This document shows positions 25,350-39,316 of a stretch of DNA of 64,000 nt, piece by piece. Position 1 is the first letter of the stretch; each line of letters opens with the position of its first letter. The DNA is from Toensbergia leucococca (taxonomy: Eukaryota). The stretch spans positions 248,001 to 312,000 of the forward strand of contig JALDZS010000002.1 in assembly GCA_022813965.1 (NCBI GenBank). The letters run 5' to 3'. Position numbers and translations under genes: made by a program. Under the pieces are notes generated by a model. The model ran no database searches, had not been told where the DNA came from, and worked only from the letters and a program-made list of their open reading frames with translations.

Positions 25350-26985
25350 ATGGTCAAACCAAGTAAGCCAAGCCTCTAGAATTTACTCCACCTCTCTCGT
25401 TAAAATCAAGACCAGAACCCAAATCAAAGCGAACACCCGTCCGATTACGCCACAGGATCGAAAAGGCAAGCGCAGCCAAACAACGAAAGCAACGGAAAGC
25501 TGCAAAAACTGTATAATACTACCATCCCTTCCCAAAATATCATCTAACGACCTTCCTCAGAATCCCGAATGGCGCTCCCGGCTTAAGAAAGATCCCGGCA
25601 TTCCCAATTTATTCCCATACAAGGAAAGACTTCTTCACGAGATCGAGGAGAAAAAGCGCTTGAAGGAGGAGGAATTCCAAAAGAAGAGAGAAGAGGCAAA
25701 GAGTAACAGGGCTGACAAGGTTGTACTACTAAATAAAGATGCTGAGGATAACCAAGTTCTTGTTGAAGATGAAGAAGACGAAATGGACGAAGATACCCCT
25801 GAAGACTCTGAAGACCCCATGGCCGCCCTCCTGGCATCAGCCCGAGCTCGCGCTGCAGAGTACGAAGAAGACCCTGATGACCAAGACGAGGAAGATGCCA
25901 TGGACGAAGATACCTCAGACGGTGGCGTCACAACAGACCCACCAAGCAACCCTCCGACCACGAGCACAGACTCCTCCCGTCGCGCCTACGACAAAGTCTT
26001 CAAAACTGTACTCTCTACCGCCGATATCCTCCTCTATGTCCTCGATGCCCGCGATCCAAACGGAACTCGTTCCCGCACCATCGAGCGCGAAATCACTGCC
26101 GCAGCCCTAGGCTCTAAAAGGCTAATCCTTATTCTCAACAAAATCGACCTCATCCCCCCTCCTGTCCTAAAAACCTGGCTTACCTACCTCCGGCGTTCCT
26201 TCCCGACTCTTCCCCTCCGAGCAAGTAATCCAGCCCCCAACGCCCGCACCTGGGACCACAAAGCCCTCACCGTAAAAGGCACGTCAGAAACCCTACTGAA
26301 AGCTCTTAAATCGTATACCGAATCCCAAAACCTCAAACGCAGCACCACAGTCGGTATAATTGGCTACCCTAACGTTGGCAAGTCCTCCGTCATCAATGCC
26401 CTCACTGCCCGCCTAACGCACGCCTCCCACTCCAAGAAAACCGCCTGCCCCGTTGGTGCCGAAGCAGGCATAACGACCACTCTTCGCCAAGTGAAACTTG
26501 ACTCCAAATTAACTCTTCTCGACTCCCCGGGAATAGTCTTCCCAACCAATGACCCCGACTCTACAACCACCAAAAAGGATACCCAAGCCAGGCTCATCCT
26601 CCTGAACGCCATCCCGCCCAAACAGATCTCCGACCCTCTCCCAGCAGTAACACTCCTTCTCAAACGCCTTTCCACCTCCTCTGAATCCCTGGCAAATCTC
26701 TACGACGTCTACGGCATACCGCCTCTTATGGTCTCCGTATCTGGGGACACGACGACTGATTTCCTAGTTCAGGTAGCGAGGAAGAGGGGGAGATTGGGGA
26801 AAGGGGGCGTACCGAATCTGAGCAGTGCTGCTATGACGGTTGTGATGGATTGGAGGGATGGGAGGATTCAGGGGTGGGTGGACGCGCCTGTTGCCGAGGA
26901 AGAGGGTGCAGTGAAGGAGATTGTTGAGGAGCTGGGGGAGGAGTTTCGTTTGGAGGGATTGTGGGAGGGAAAGGAGGGGGAGTAG
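25350..26985 (+). CDS. NUG1: Nucleolar circularly permuted GTPase Nug1/Grn1 (GNL3 family)
   Basis: N-terminal KSKRTPVRLRHRIEK…KKDPGIPNLFPYK; DARDP, NKID, GYPNVGKSS, LDSPG, RGRLGKGG; introns about 25363-25415 and 25511-25560. Confidence 0.94.
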
Positions 26986-27175
26986 GAGTGCTGGTGTGAT
27001 AAATATTTGCATGGTGATGCGCGAGATTTTACGTTGGAACATGAAGAGAAGGCATCTGGAAATTAGGGTCTGATATTAAGGACCTAGCCTGATAGATGAC
27101 CACCATGAGAATCCACCGTCACAAGCAACACCGTGCAATGGCACTCCCTTTCATACCAATCGGCAAAAGTGCCCC

Positions 27176-28303
27176 CTAATCACTCTCGTCGTCGTCGTCC
27201 GAGGCGCTGGTAGGTGTACCTTGATGACTGCCGCCGCTGCCCAAACTGCCCTCCATGGTCTCGGCTTCCGGCTCGCCCTCGGTGGAGGAGGAAGACGCCT
27301 TCCCCTCACTCTCATCGTCTTCTTCTTCCTCTTCCACAGGCTCCTCCTCCTCCACAACAGGCTCCTCTTCCTCCTCCACAGCATCCTCCTCCACCGCCTC
27401 ACGCCCCTCATCTCTCCGAACCCTCTTACTCTTCCTCCCCTCCTCCTCACCACCACCACCATTCACACCCACCTCCCCTTCCCCATCAACAGCAGCACCA
27501 GCAGCCTTCTCTTTCAACTTTTGTCGGTATACGTTTCGCTTGCCCGTTTGCACTTCTATGTATTTTGCCAGTTCGGCTTCGAGGCGGGGGACGAAGTCTG
27601 AGAATTCGAGTTCGTGCAGGGCGAGGATGACGGAGGCGGGGGTGATTGCTTTTCTGGAGGTGGATTGGGTGGAGGCGTTTGCGCTGGGGGGACGGAGGGA
27701 TTAGAAGGGTGAGGATGGAGGGTGGGGGGTGGGGGGGGTTAAAAAGCCTTTTCATAGGGGAAAAGAGTGGAGAGGATGCGGAAATGGAGAATTTGATGGA
27801 AACCGGGTTTTGAGGAGATGGAGAATTTCGGGGGGGAAATGATTTGTATCTGAGAGAAACGGGACGAAATTTTGTAATTCACACAAAATATAATTCAACG
27901 AAGATTGGAAGGAGAGAAAATAAGAGAGACAGAACGTACGCTTGAGAAAGATAATTCACAAAAACAGTAGCGCCTTTACTCATAGCCGTAATGGCATCTT
28001 TCTGAATCTGCGTATTCGGCGGCAGCACCCCCTTGGCTAGCCGTTGCACCATGGTGCGCGGAAGCGAGAGATCCTTTGTTTTTTCATGTAAGAATCAGTT
28101 GTTAGACTTTTCTGGACTTGGGGAGAGATGTTTTTTTTTTGGCAACGAGGTTTTGGAGGAGGAGTATAATGGGAGCAAGGGGAGGGGAGGAAGGAGAGGG
28201 GGGGTGTCTTTACTTCGATGTTGATGCCTTCTTTTTCTTTGAGGGGAGTGCAGTCCTCGCCTGTGGCGGTGATTTGGGAGATGTTGCTTTTGCGGGGTGG
28301 CAT
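27176..28303 (-). CDS. DPB4: DNA polymerase epsilon / CHRAC histone-fold subunit Dpb4 (POLE3)
   Basis: MPPRKS…GINIE|DLSLPRTMVQRLAKGVLPPNTQIQKDAITAMSKGATVFVNYLS|…ALHELEFSDFVPRLEAEL; acidic tail; two introns. Confidence 0.88.
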
Positions 28304-29566
28304 GGTTGGTGTGTGTGGTGTGTTTGGGGGGTGGAGCGGGTGTGTGGGGGGCGGAAAGGTGCTTGGAAGTATGTGAGAGTACGAGGGTAAGTTTTAGAAG
28401 TAGGTGCTGGGGAACTTTAGATGAGGTAGTGAAGTGTGAGCATGGTGTTGGTGTTGAATTTAGACTGCAAGGAGGGCAAGGAGGGCACCAAGAGGGATTT
28501 TAGTTCCGCGTTCGGGGTTCATTTGGAAAAACATGAATTTGGGGCTGACTTCTACTCGTAGACTATTTTGGCACATATCAATTGCGTCTTGCGACACACG
28601 TCTGAAAGATGATTTGTGGCATAGCAACGTCCCTAGTTTGGCCTACCTAGTACCTACCTACCTTAGCTTAACCCCCATACGAGTAGGCCTTTTGTGCAGA
28701 GCTGCAACTCTCGTCACTCCTACCACCATTTAAATCAATATCACTTTGTTTAGCGCATATCTATATTCTTTAAGTCACCTATCGTACGACTAGTAGTCTC
28801 CTACTAATATGAGTATACAGAGGTCGCATTTGTCCTTTGGTCATTTGATACCTATGCAATGCTATTGAGTACTTGTACACATGGCCATCGCTGCTCAGCA
28901 CACGAGTAGGATCGTCAAAAGGCTGTCAAGTTGTTGAATGCATTCGCCACCGAAAAATAAATGGGTCTGGAAAGTAAAAAGTAACCCTAATGACAGGCCA
29001 TCGTTGTCATTTGTGCATAGTCGCTGTGGCTCCTACCACTCTGCAGTGACACCAAGGGGTGCTCATTATCTCCGACGGTTCGCGTTTCCTATCCTTCTCT
29101 CCACTCACCGCCACCGTCAGTCAATCTAGTCAGTCCTCGACGGCTATCTCGCGTAATGACCCTGTCGGATTCATACATGGCATTGTCTCGAAGGCGATAT
29201 GAGAGCTGAAGATCCTTGTCGCCTAAAACTTTTGCGCTCCAGGATGGGGTTGGCGACTTTTCTTCTTTTTTTAAGGATGTGGGGTTTTTTTTGCTTTACT
29301 TTGTTGGGGAGGTTTGGTTAGATAGGGAAGGATGTTAGTGTAGGGTTGTGTTCAGGAGTGGAGAACCATGATGTTTTTTTTATACATGGTGAAAAGGCGA
29401 GGGGGGCTCTAGGAGTTGGGTCGATAGATGCTGATATGGGAATAGCGATAACCTCTCTTCGTACCGTCTCCAAAAGCAAAAGTCTACCATATCAAAAAAT
29501 CAAAAAGAAACAACTCCATCGCATCAAAAACCTCTTAAATTCCTCCCAGATCCAATCAACCCACAC

Positions 29567-32500
29567 TTACACCAACTCCGGCTCCATCTCGCCAACCCCA
29601 CCCCGACCCCTTACCTCCTCCCCCCCAACCATCCAAAACGCCCCGCAAAAACAACTTCGCTGCAATCCCACCATCCACTGCGTCACCCCCCTCACCGGCA
29701 TCAAATCCTCCATAACAGCACAACATCGCGGACACCTCCTCATACTGACCTCCGGCCCCAGCACGACCTTCCGAATCGCATCAACGGACCACATGCGCCT
29801 CCACTCATCACTCCCCTTCTCATCCCCGAGTCCCAACCACCGGAGATCCCGAAAAAACAACTCCCCGCCATCCACCTCCCCCCTCAACCGCTCCACCACA
29901 GCCCCTAGCAACACCTCCACGACCCCCCGCAATACCTCTGGCACAGCGGCCGAAATCAGCATTTCCTTTTCCAGCAGCTGGCGCTCGGCGTCGCTGAGGT
30001 GAGCGGTGGTGTAGGCGTCTTTGACGGCCTTGTCGATTTCGGTGAGGACTTGTTCGAAGGCTTGGGGTTTGATGGGGGAGGCGGCGAAGGTGGCTTCTAG
30101 TTCGCGGAAGGCGCGGGAGTGCGGGGTTGGTGGGATGGAGTGATGGGGGGTGCGGGGGTGGGGGTGGGAGAGGGCTTGGGTGCGTATGCCGCGGAGGGCG
30201 CGGCAGTTGTAGTGGAGGAAGCTACGGGAGGAGGAGATGAGGAGGAGGGGAAGGGCGGGGCTGTTGAGGTTTTGGACTGTGTTGGGGGGGAGGGGGTGTC
30301 AGGTCTGAGTTTTATTGGGGTGGGAGCGAGGGAGGTACCTTTGTTGTTGAGGTGCTCTAGGTCCATGTAGCCGTGGTCGGTGATTATGTTACTGAGGGTG
30401 AAGAGTTCATCGATGATGAAGTTCATCACGTCTAATGACCATGCTACTAGGCCTTGAATCTGAAACAATACTTCTGTATAGACATCAGTGTACATTGGCC
30501 CAGATTTCACTTTCAATTAAGACGCACCCGGCTTTCTCAATTCACTTTCATTTGGCGATGACCTATTGTTATTATTGAAGGCAAAAGCATACGTCAACGA
30601 CGCTGTCCGCAAATGCAAAACCATCCAGGCAACCTTGGGCCCTAAACGACGATGCTGATCTAGGCCCATGAAGCCCAGAGAGGCTTGCACACTGAGACAG
30701 TGCTGGATCAATGGATTGCGGAACAGATTCTCCGGTTGAGGGTCGATTGAGTGATCCATACTGATGCTGAGAACGCGGTAGATTTCGCTGAGGAAGTCGT
30801 GCTCGATGTTCGAGTTGGTGGTAAGGCCTAGTTGTGCTTGTTCCACGGAGACTTGTTTTGTGCACAGCTGCATTATGGCTAGGAGGTCGTCGTTATTGTT
30901 GTGGCTGGCGCAGGAGATTGCAAACTGGAGGACGAAGGATATTATTACTTCTTCAATGATGGCTGCTTCTTGTCAGCTGGTATATGCGGAGGGAGCAAAG
31001 GGACAGACAATCATCGATTGTTCCTTCGGAATTTTTCTTGGATAATTGCATTAGCCTTAGCTGTGTTTCGTGAGCATCATTCAACGATATCATGGTGCAG
31101 AAATTAGGGGACAAGGCGGCGTGTAGATCTATTCTGCGTCAGGAGTCTCGGCTTGACAGTGGAATCCAGGCCATCTTACGAGGTCCTTCGTCTTGATAAC
31201 AAAACCCAAATTGCGAAAGGCTTGAGACTTTACCTGGTCCTTCATCCGGCGGAAGATTTTCCATGGTCACTCTATCTCGAAATTCGACAAGTCCGTCACT
31301 GTAAATCATTGCTAGGACGGTGCTCAAGTTACATTGCTGAATGCATAGGAGCGTCTTGTCGATTACCTTATCGGCCAGTCTTTTGAGTTCTGGCTGAGGC
31401 TATAGACTTCTATAAGTGCTGGTGTCAACGGAGGGGGATTCTTCATGTACCTACGGATAGATCCGCATTCGATACAGCATTCGATTTCTGGGACGATAGC
31501 TGTTCGAAGCTCTTGTGCAAGCTTATTTCAGCATTGCGTAGCTCCCATCTCGATATGATACTCAAGGGCTCTTCTTGTATCTGTGTGTTTTGGTAGTGAT
31601 CTGGGATCATGGAAAAGATAGCGAGGACAACAGGATACATCGTATCCCTCCTTCGTGCGTCAGGCCCAGCAGGGACAAGTTCAAGATGAGACAATCGAGC
31701 TTGTGAATATAACAAACCGTTGCTGTTGTAGTCATCAGCGTCTCCATGTTCGATTAGCGGAGAGCATTCATTCATCAATTTGAGATGCTGCACATGCAAC
31801 ACAGGCATAGGGCCTACATGTGTAGGAGGAATCTTTTGTCTATCGAGTGGCTGCTGAAAGTCAATGTTGACTCTATAGACGCGAAGTAGCTTGTCCACGG
31901 TATGCGTTGCGAGCAGAAGGGTGTTGTCTACTCAGATTAACAGTTGTCTACACAGTCCAGAATTGTCACCTACCCTTATCAGGACAAATTGCGGCATGCG
32001 TGAGTAATTCGGAAAACGTTGACATGCCGTCAATTTCGACTTTTAAATCTTGCCAGCGATTGTCAGAGCTCTGGAATATGAGTCTTATCATGCCCCCTCT
32101 TGTGACTGCTATAATCCCCGATTTACCGCTAGGATTAAATGGCCCCATTGGCTTGTGCTGGGAAGCCGAAAAGCCCCATTGATCTTCACATTTGATTACT
32201 GCCCGATAAAAGGGAGCCTGGAATTTGAAAGTCAGAGAAATGAGCACTTAGTGATAGGGCCACCGTACTAGTCGTTCTACATTCAGCCACGTCATCCCAA
32301 CCAAGGCGTTGAGGCTATCCTCTGGATCTAGAAGGCCTGGCCTTGCTATTGTAATCCGGTTGATGGCAATGAGGATTGAGCAAATAGATATACGACCAAA
32401 TACATCGACAATTGCTAATTCTGACCCTGAATGATTCCAAGATAGATGTACTATTTGATGCTCATTATGCACCGAAGACACTTGGCCCACCGTACAGATC

Positions 32501-32798
32501 TGACTCAGTCTCCATTGTCCATCCACGGAGCTGCAGACCAGGCATCGAACATACACGGCGTGGCCATCATCGGAGACGTAGGCAATGCATCCAAGTTTGG
32601 ACCACACCACCTTTCTAGCAAGACTTAAGACACAAAAGCTGGCGATAATTGGGGGTATGCAACGTACTGGCAGCATCCACTGAGCCGGATCTCATCAACG
32701 CGTTGAAGAAAACCTTTAGCGGGTAACGCAGGCGGAAGAGAAAGCTGCGGAGCTTCGCCAAATAAATCGTCAAGGTCGTCATCCATCATCATAGGCAT
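29567..32798 (-). CDS. MED16: Mediator complex subunit 16 (Sin4), multi-exon
   Basis: MPMMMDDDLDDLFG…LSGCCQ|KVVWSKLGCIAY, HLSWNHSGSELAIVDVFGRI, C-terminal RRCPRC…QRSCFCGAFW zinc-ribbon-like end. Confidence 0.9.
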
Positions 32799-33539
32799 TT
32801 CGATTCAGACAAGCTCCTTTTTCAGATGCAACAGCAGGACGAAGGGAATAAAATACCAATGCATGGAAGGAGAGAGTATAGGAGATAGAATACAGATGTG
32901 AATATTGAATACGAGATGACGTGAATAGATTTTTAGGATCGAGATTAGTAGCAGAGAAGGTCAAGAAATCTGAATAGCCAGGTAGTCTTATAATTTGAGA
33001 GTATATGACAAGGGAAGTTCGACATATGAAAGATACGAGGCGTGCGAGGGTACGTGGGAGATTGGGATAATATTTGATCCAGCTCCGAGAGCATCTGCAA
33101 GGGAATCGCCTTGCCAGCCACATATTTTTTTCTGCTGAAGCACATTTTACTCCGTATGTGAGTTGATCTAACTCAAAAAAGTAGTCGAAACAACTTGATT
33201 GATCAGTGTGTGTCAAAGCCAAACAAGTCTCTACAAAATGCTTGAGGCATAAGAACATTTCAAGCCAAGTAATACACATACCAACTTCCCAGATTGCAGA
33301 GGGTCGTCAAGGTAAACACAATCAAAACAACGGCTAAGTCCCCGCCCCGTATTTCGCCGGACGAAGGCTATTCTAGTGTAATTTACGCGAGCGGGAACGT
33401 GTGTCCACAGTCCAGCATCGTCGCCCACCTTCCCTTCTCTTCTCGCGCCGACCAACAGTTTCCTACGACCTCTCTCAGGTGCCTGGCTTCCTGTTGATTG
33501 GGAAGGCAATCACTGCTGTCCGGGCCCATCTCCCAAGCC

Positions 33540-35451
33540 ATGTCCGTCGAAGAACCCCTTCGATCGCAGCTACTCGCAAGCTTATCACAGCCTCTATTAA
33601 TCTTGGAAAACGACAGCTTTTCCGACCTGTCCTCAGATCTGAGTTCCATTGCCTCTTTGTCGCCCCCGCCAGTAGATTACCCCTCGCCAATATCTTCTCA
33701 AGAATACGATTCGAGTCTTCCAACCACTCAAAAACCTTCGCACAAACGTCCCCGGGAAGATGATGAACTCTTGCCAACCAAGAAGAGAAGGACAGTCGAA
33801 CCCAAACCGCGGGCGACCGTACACTTAGATCTACAGTCTTATCCAAACTATCTCGCAACCAATCAAAGCCTGGGACTTGATATTCTCTTAAAAGTGCTTC
33901 GAAAGAGGCGGAAGATCGTGGTCATTGCGGGCGCCGGTATATCTGTTTCTGCCGGGAGTATGTTGAATAGTTGTCTGATTTCCACGTTGCTTTACTTACT
34001 CGTGCACAGTCCCGGATTTTCGCTCCTCCAATGGTTTATTTACTACCCTCCGGAGCGAGCACAAGCTCAAAGCTTCCGGTAAACACCTTTTTGATGCTTC
34101 TGTATATCAGACAGATTCATCGACATCCTCATTCCATGATATGGTGCGCTCGCTATCGGGCCTTGTGAATGCGGCTAAGCCGACCGCATTCCACCAAATG
34201 CTTGCGACACTGTCAAGCCAAGGCAGATTGATGCGGCTCTACACTCAGAATGTAGATGGCATCGACACATCCCTCCAGCCTCTTGAAACTAGTGTGCCAC
34301 TTAGTACAAAAGGCCCGTGGCCACGAACGATCCAGCTCCATGGAGGCTTAAAGAAGATGGTGTGCTCCAAGTGCAACACCTTGTCTAATTTCGAAGCCGC
34401 TTTATTTGATGGACCACAGCCGCCGCTGTGTAATGTTTGTGTAGAAACAGATAAAGTCCGTACCGATCACGCAGGGAAGCGAAGCCATGGCATTGGAAAA
34501 CTCCGCCCCAGAATAGTACTTTATAACGAGCATAACCCTGACGAGGAGGCCATTGGTGCTGTAGTTAGCTCAGACCTTCGAGCTCGGCCTGATGCGGTGA
34601 TTGTCGTGGGCACCAGTATGAAGATTCCAGGAGTGAGGCGTATAGTAAGAGAAATGTGTGGTGTTGTAAGAGGAAGAAAGGATGGGCTTACTGTGTGGAT
34701 CAACAACGAGCTTCCTCCCGTAGGGAAGGAGTTTGAGGATTGCTGGGACTTGACAGTGAGGGGCGCCTGCGATGAAGTCGCAAGGCACGCAGGTCTAAGG
34801 CGATGGAATGACGATGGTGTAGACCATAAGGAGTGCACGGAATCAGAGGTTGAAAGCGCGAAGAAAAGAGGCGGTGAGGTCCAGGTGATTATTGAGACTC
34901 CAAGAAAGGAACCTATCTCTCAAGGAATTCCCACGCCTGGAGCGAGCCCGGCACTGAAGCCGATGAAAATTCCTAAACCTAAATTATATCTGCGACCACC
35001 TCATCCCGAGAAGAGCACAGAAAGGAAGGATAATCAAAAGGGTAAAGACGTTGCCAAGTCGAAAACACTCAAGACCGGCTCAAAAACTCCAATTGGCTCG
35101 AAAGGTATAAAGAGAACGGCCGGCAAGGTTTCTGAGATATTAGGGTCCGCAAAGATTAGCAGATCATTCAAAGTCACTAAGCCCGGTCTTGTCGCTACGG
35201 GCAAAACAAAGTTGAGATGCCTGCCTCTTGGTCAGGATGACCTTCCTGTGCCTATGTCTCCAATTCCGCCGCAAGCTGCACGCAATAATGGCCCTGTTCA
35301 GAATCCAGCAAAGCTCATATTTCCAAACCTCCCGAAAGCCTTAAACTTCGACAACGCACCTCAAGAGTTAAGTCAAGTGAAGAGAAGGAACAGCGAAACC
35401 ATCTCACCTACTGGCACCATACCAGCGAACATGAAGATGCTCTTGAATTAG
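33540..35451 (+). CDS. HST4: NAD-dependent histone deacetylase, sirtuin Hst3/Hst4 class
   Basis: IVVIAGAGISVSAG|IPDFRS, YTQNVDG, QLHG, CxxC..CxxC, LRPRIVLYNE, VVGTSMKIPG; intron about 33958-34009. Confidence 0.9.
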
Positions 35452-36953
35452 GAGAGGTTTAAGTTACATGTACTCAAATCTCAGTGTTTCCTTTAGATAG
35501 CTTCAGCATGGTTTCCGAGATACCCTATATTTTGCTCTCCGGCGTCGCTTTCTGGGAGTTGGAGTTGGAGCTGGTTGGGCCGCTGTATCAATAGGTTTAG
35601 AGAAGAGGGGCGCTTTATTGTGACGGGTATTTTTACAGGTGCATGCGAATCAAGCCACGCTTGAGGCTACCATATACTTACTCTCTATACTCATCTAAAG
35701 GTTGAAATTTAAATTGATTCATATCAAGGCTGACCATTCTAGATCACTCCTCTGAGGACTTGGCGATACCAGACGAAGTTTCTTTACTTGGTTTCAACCC
35801 TGTTTCTCGTTGCATCTCTTTTCTCGCATTGAAAGCGTTTTCATAAGGGCAAGCTTCTCGGAAAACGTCTTCTCCTTGTGTCTTGTCATTCGATGAATAC
35901 AATAAGGGGCATCCAAAGGCTCTTCAAAATAAAAACTGATATTCGTCCGCTCTGCTAATAACAACGCACTTCATTCACAAGCGTACTGTTTCCGTTCCGT
36001 ACTACAAAGGAGCTTTGCAAGTGACTGCAAGCATTTGTAGACCCCCTTGGTCTCGGTCAACGTGGAGGAAGGAGTCACTGCGCTGGAGGGCTGGGTAAGG
36101 CAGGTTAGAGATGTTTTTTCCAATGCTTGGAGCTTTTCGAAAATACCACTCGATCAGGAAAAAAGCCTCGGGTTGGGAAGCTATCATACCAAGGACGTAC
36201 CTAATAAGTAGGTCGTCGGAATATCGCACTTATCGTGTTTGTCATGCATTACTCGAGTAGGTAAATGAGGTTTCTAATTCTTTGCATTTATTATTCTTCT
36301 AAATACTAAAAATGCTTTTGAGCTAAGTTCAAAGTCGGCATGTTCTAGAAGGACGGTGGACCAGCTGGATTTTAAGACCCGAGTGGTTGAAACCTGCAGT
36401 CAATGATTGTAACAAGACATTCTTAGGTGGGTATCGATGGCAAGAGCAACTCAAATAAATCCTGCCAAGGCGTGAATGATGCGTCCTCATTGTTGGAGAA
36501 CCTCAAATCGAGTTGCCATACCTCTTCAATGCTCAAGACCTGGGCTGTGTCGTTCCACCAGGCACATCAAGTGAGGACTCCAAGGAGGATACAATGAAGC
36601 ATGGGCAATAGAGGAGGTCTGGTATACCCTGGAAGCTCTTAATGGCGAGGTAATCATAGAGGTTCATTTCTTTGAGACGAATTGTTCATTCTCCAGTCTG
36701 CCTCGATCTCATACCTATAATCACAGGATGCTCAATGGTTGCGATCCGCCCCTAGTATATGTACAAGCTCCTTATTTCAGCTTGCCGGGTGTGCGAAAGT
36801 GACCAGTTCATTCAGGAATCTCTCTTGTGCATCATAAAGTCCAACTGTTCTTCCAACCAGTAGATAGCGCGTCCAGACCACCTCAGCCTTGAGCTTGATA
36901 GTTATGAGCATAGAACTGGAAAATAGCACGGCACAATCGAACCAATCATCTGC

Positions 36954-38255
36954 TCAAACGCCTGCAAACCAACTATGCGCCAATGCCTCATGCGCCGTCA
37001 GCCTCTTCGCCGGATCAAAGTTCGTCAAACCTCCAATAAGATCTTTGAACTCCGCGTCAACGTTCTTCCACAGAGAGAATGGTGTACGAGGGTTGGTCTC
37101 GTTGAAGCCGTCCCATATGACAGTGAGGACTTCGCTCCAAGGGCTACCTCCAAGGTCTTTCAAGAGCGCATTCATTCCGTCTACGTCCGCAAAATAAGAA
37201 ATCTGGCGCTCCATGGCGACAGCTAAGGCCAACTCGCCTTCCCCGAGCTCGGCCTCGTTAACGGCAAAGATGACTCGTTTATGCACAGCGTAAATACACT
37301 ACACGAGAACACTAGTGAGCAGCTCTTTTACGACCAAAAGGGGAGATCGGCGACTTACAACGACACCAAAAGAGAACATGTCGGAGGGTATGTTCACGCG
37401 AGCCTGCGTATGCGCTTCCGGACTACGCCACATCCAGTTGTCCACCTGTTTATTACGGACGTTAAACCCAGGAGGCAAATGTGCGGCATCTTCAAGATCG
37501 GTAAGCTGGACCTGAGCGATTTTGATTTCATTGCGATCCTCATCCCAATCGATTACGATATTGTTTGCTTTCACATCTGCAGTAAGTCAGCAAACGTCCA
37601 AGAATCCTCCGCACAGAAGAGGTCTACTTTACCGTTGTGAACAATGTTTTGGTCGTGTAACACCGCGAGGCAACGTAGTGTATCTTTGAGGATTCGTTTC
37701 GAAGAGGCAATGGGCAAATTCTTTTGCGCCAGGCCCGAGAGGTCGCCAGTAAAGTACTTGTAGATAAACATGCACTGCTCTGGAATCGTGTCTTGCAATA
37801 GACGGAGATAGGGACAGCTGGGCAGACTGTGGTATATTTTCAGGTAATAATCGAAGTCATTGATTTCCTTCACCACAAATGTCTGGTCCCCAGCGCTAGG
37901 TTTCCGGAAGCCAGAAGATTAGATAGTGGTGGCAGTTGAGCTTCAGGAGCACGTACATGGCAAGATATACCCGGCCTATCGGAGGTCCTTTGTCCTGCAG
38001 AACCCTCTGCAGCAAATATCGACAGCCGGAGTGTCCGACTACCTCCGTAGGGGTGAACAGTTTTTTCTTTATCTCATGGTGAACGTTATCTGCTGCTGGT
38101 GGTGGTACTGTACCAAAGTGACGATGAAACTGGACGGTGGCATACAAGGCAGCCGAACGCGATGACCCAAGGTTTAGGACTTGTGACAGGCCCAAGCCCA
38201 AGGACTTTCCGCAAAAGCAAGAAGTCAAGGAATGGAGTGCACGATACGGAGACAT
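36954..38255 (-). CDS. Atypical fungal protein-kinase-like protein (multi-exon)
   Basis: FVVK, HNDVKANNI (catalytic loop, spliced), DLE at the DFG position, WMWRSPEAH, SDMFSFGVV, FDPAKRLTAHEALAHSWF; three GT..AG introns. Confidence 0.8.
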
Positions 38256-38997
38256 AAAGTGGGCAAAGACCTATTTTGGACAGAGTGCGTTTAAACAAAG
38301 TTATGGGCCGAGGGGACAGTGAGGGCGAATTCACTGCTCGGCTAGTGTGCTAAAGCATTCGTTCAGGTCCTACCATAGACTCCGGAAGAGAAAGCAAGGA
38401 CGCAGTGCTCTTTGGAAATCCGGCCATGGCTCATACCAGTTCCTAGTCTCCGTTGGTCAGAGACCGTCTCTATGGAGGTGGTTTAACTCATGGAGCGAGA
38501 AGCTGCACAAAGAAATCAAAGAAAGCCAAGCATGATACTTGACAGATTGTCCCATACTCGACTTGAAGTAGCCCTCATCATGATATACGTGTCTTTTACA
38601 GAGCTTACGCTTGAAAAGAAGGCTGTCATCGAGATGGACGCGGTCAAGGCCACGGAGATAGCTGAAGCTTCCACTAACGTAGAGATCTTTTTTTGTTGCG
38701 TCTGGGTTTCAAGATGAGAAAAACAGGAATTAATTTCAATCTCAATAGAATACACTTTTGCTGAAACCCACTCGAAAATGACCGTGCGAGACAAACACTT
38801 TCAGTCTTCGCTGCATGGAGATGTTTATTAGGTAAGGTATAGAACAATACCATAGGGCTGTAAGGCCGCACTAAAATCCCGAGAACACAACCTACAAGAA
38901 GTTTGTTTCTTTCACTCCCTCTCTCATTCCCCATCCACAGTAAAAGACCTCCAAAACTACAAAACCCCTCTCCAAACTCGTCTCCAACATCACAACC

Positions 38998-39316
38998 ATG
39001 TCCCGTGAACAACACGTCACCCTCTCAACCCAAGCCTCGGCCCGCGAGCTCAACTTCCCCGTCTCCAACCCCGAAGTCCCCCGCGGTCCCGTAACACAAT
39101 ATCTCTGCGGCGGATGCGACGTGAAAGTGAAGCTTCAAAAGGGCGACAAAATACGGTGCCACGAGTGTGGGCATCGGGTCGTCTACAAGGAGCGGACAAA
39201 GAGGTAGACTTTTTTTTTTCCCCCTTGATTGACTTTGGGGATGGGTTTTCTTTGAGGTTGTGATTTGCTAATGGGGCTTTGGGGCGGGTAGGATGGTGCA
39301 GTTTGAGGCTAGGTGA
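38998..39316 (+). CDS. RPC10: RNA polymerases I/II/III shared subunit RPABC4 (Rpb12)
   Basis: YLCGGC..KVKLQKGDKIRCHECGHRVVYKERTKR|MVQFEAR*; intron 39204-39291. Confidence 0.95.

Noticed and set aside
29346..30002. 218-aa plus-strand ORF
   Set aside because: Antisense to the MED16 3' exon; low-complexity product of C/A-rich sequence
32779..33279. 166-aa ORF upstream of MED16
   Set aside because: No motif; lies in the MED16/HST4 divergent promoter and UTR region
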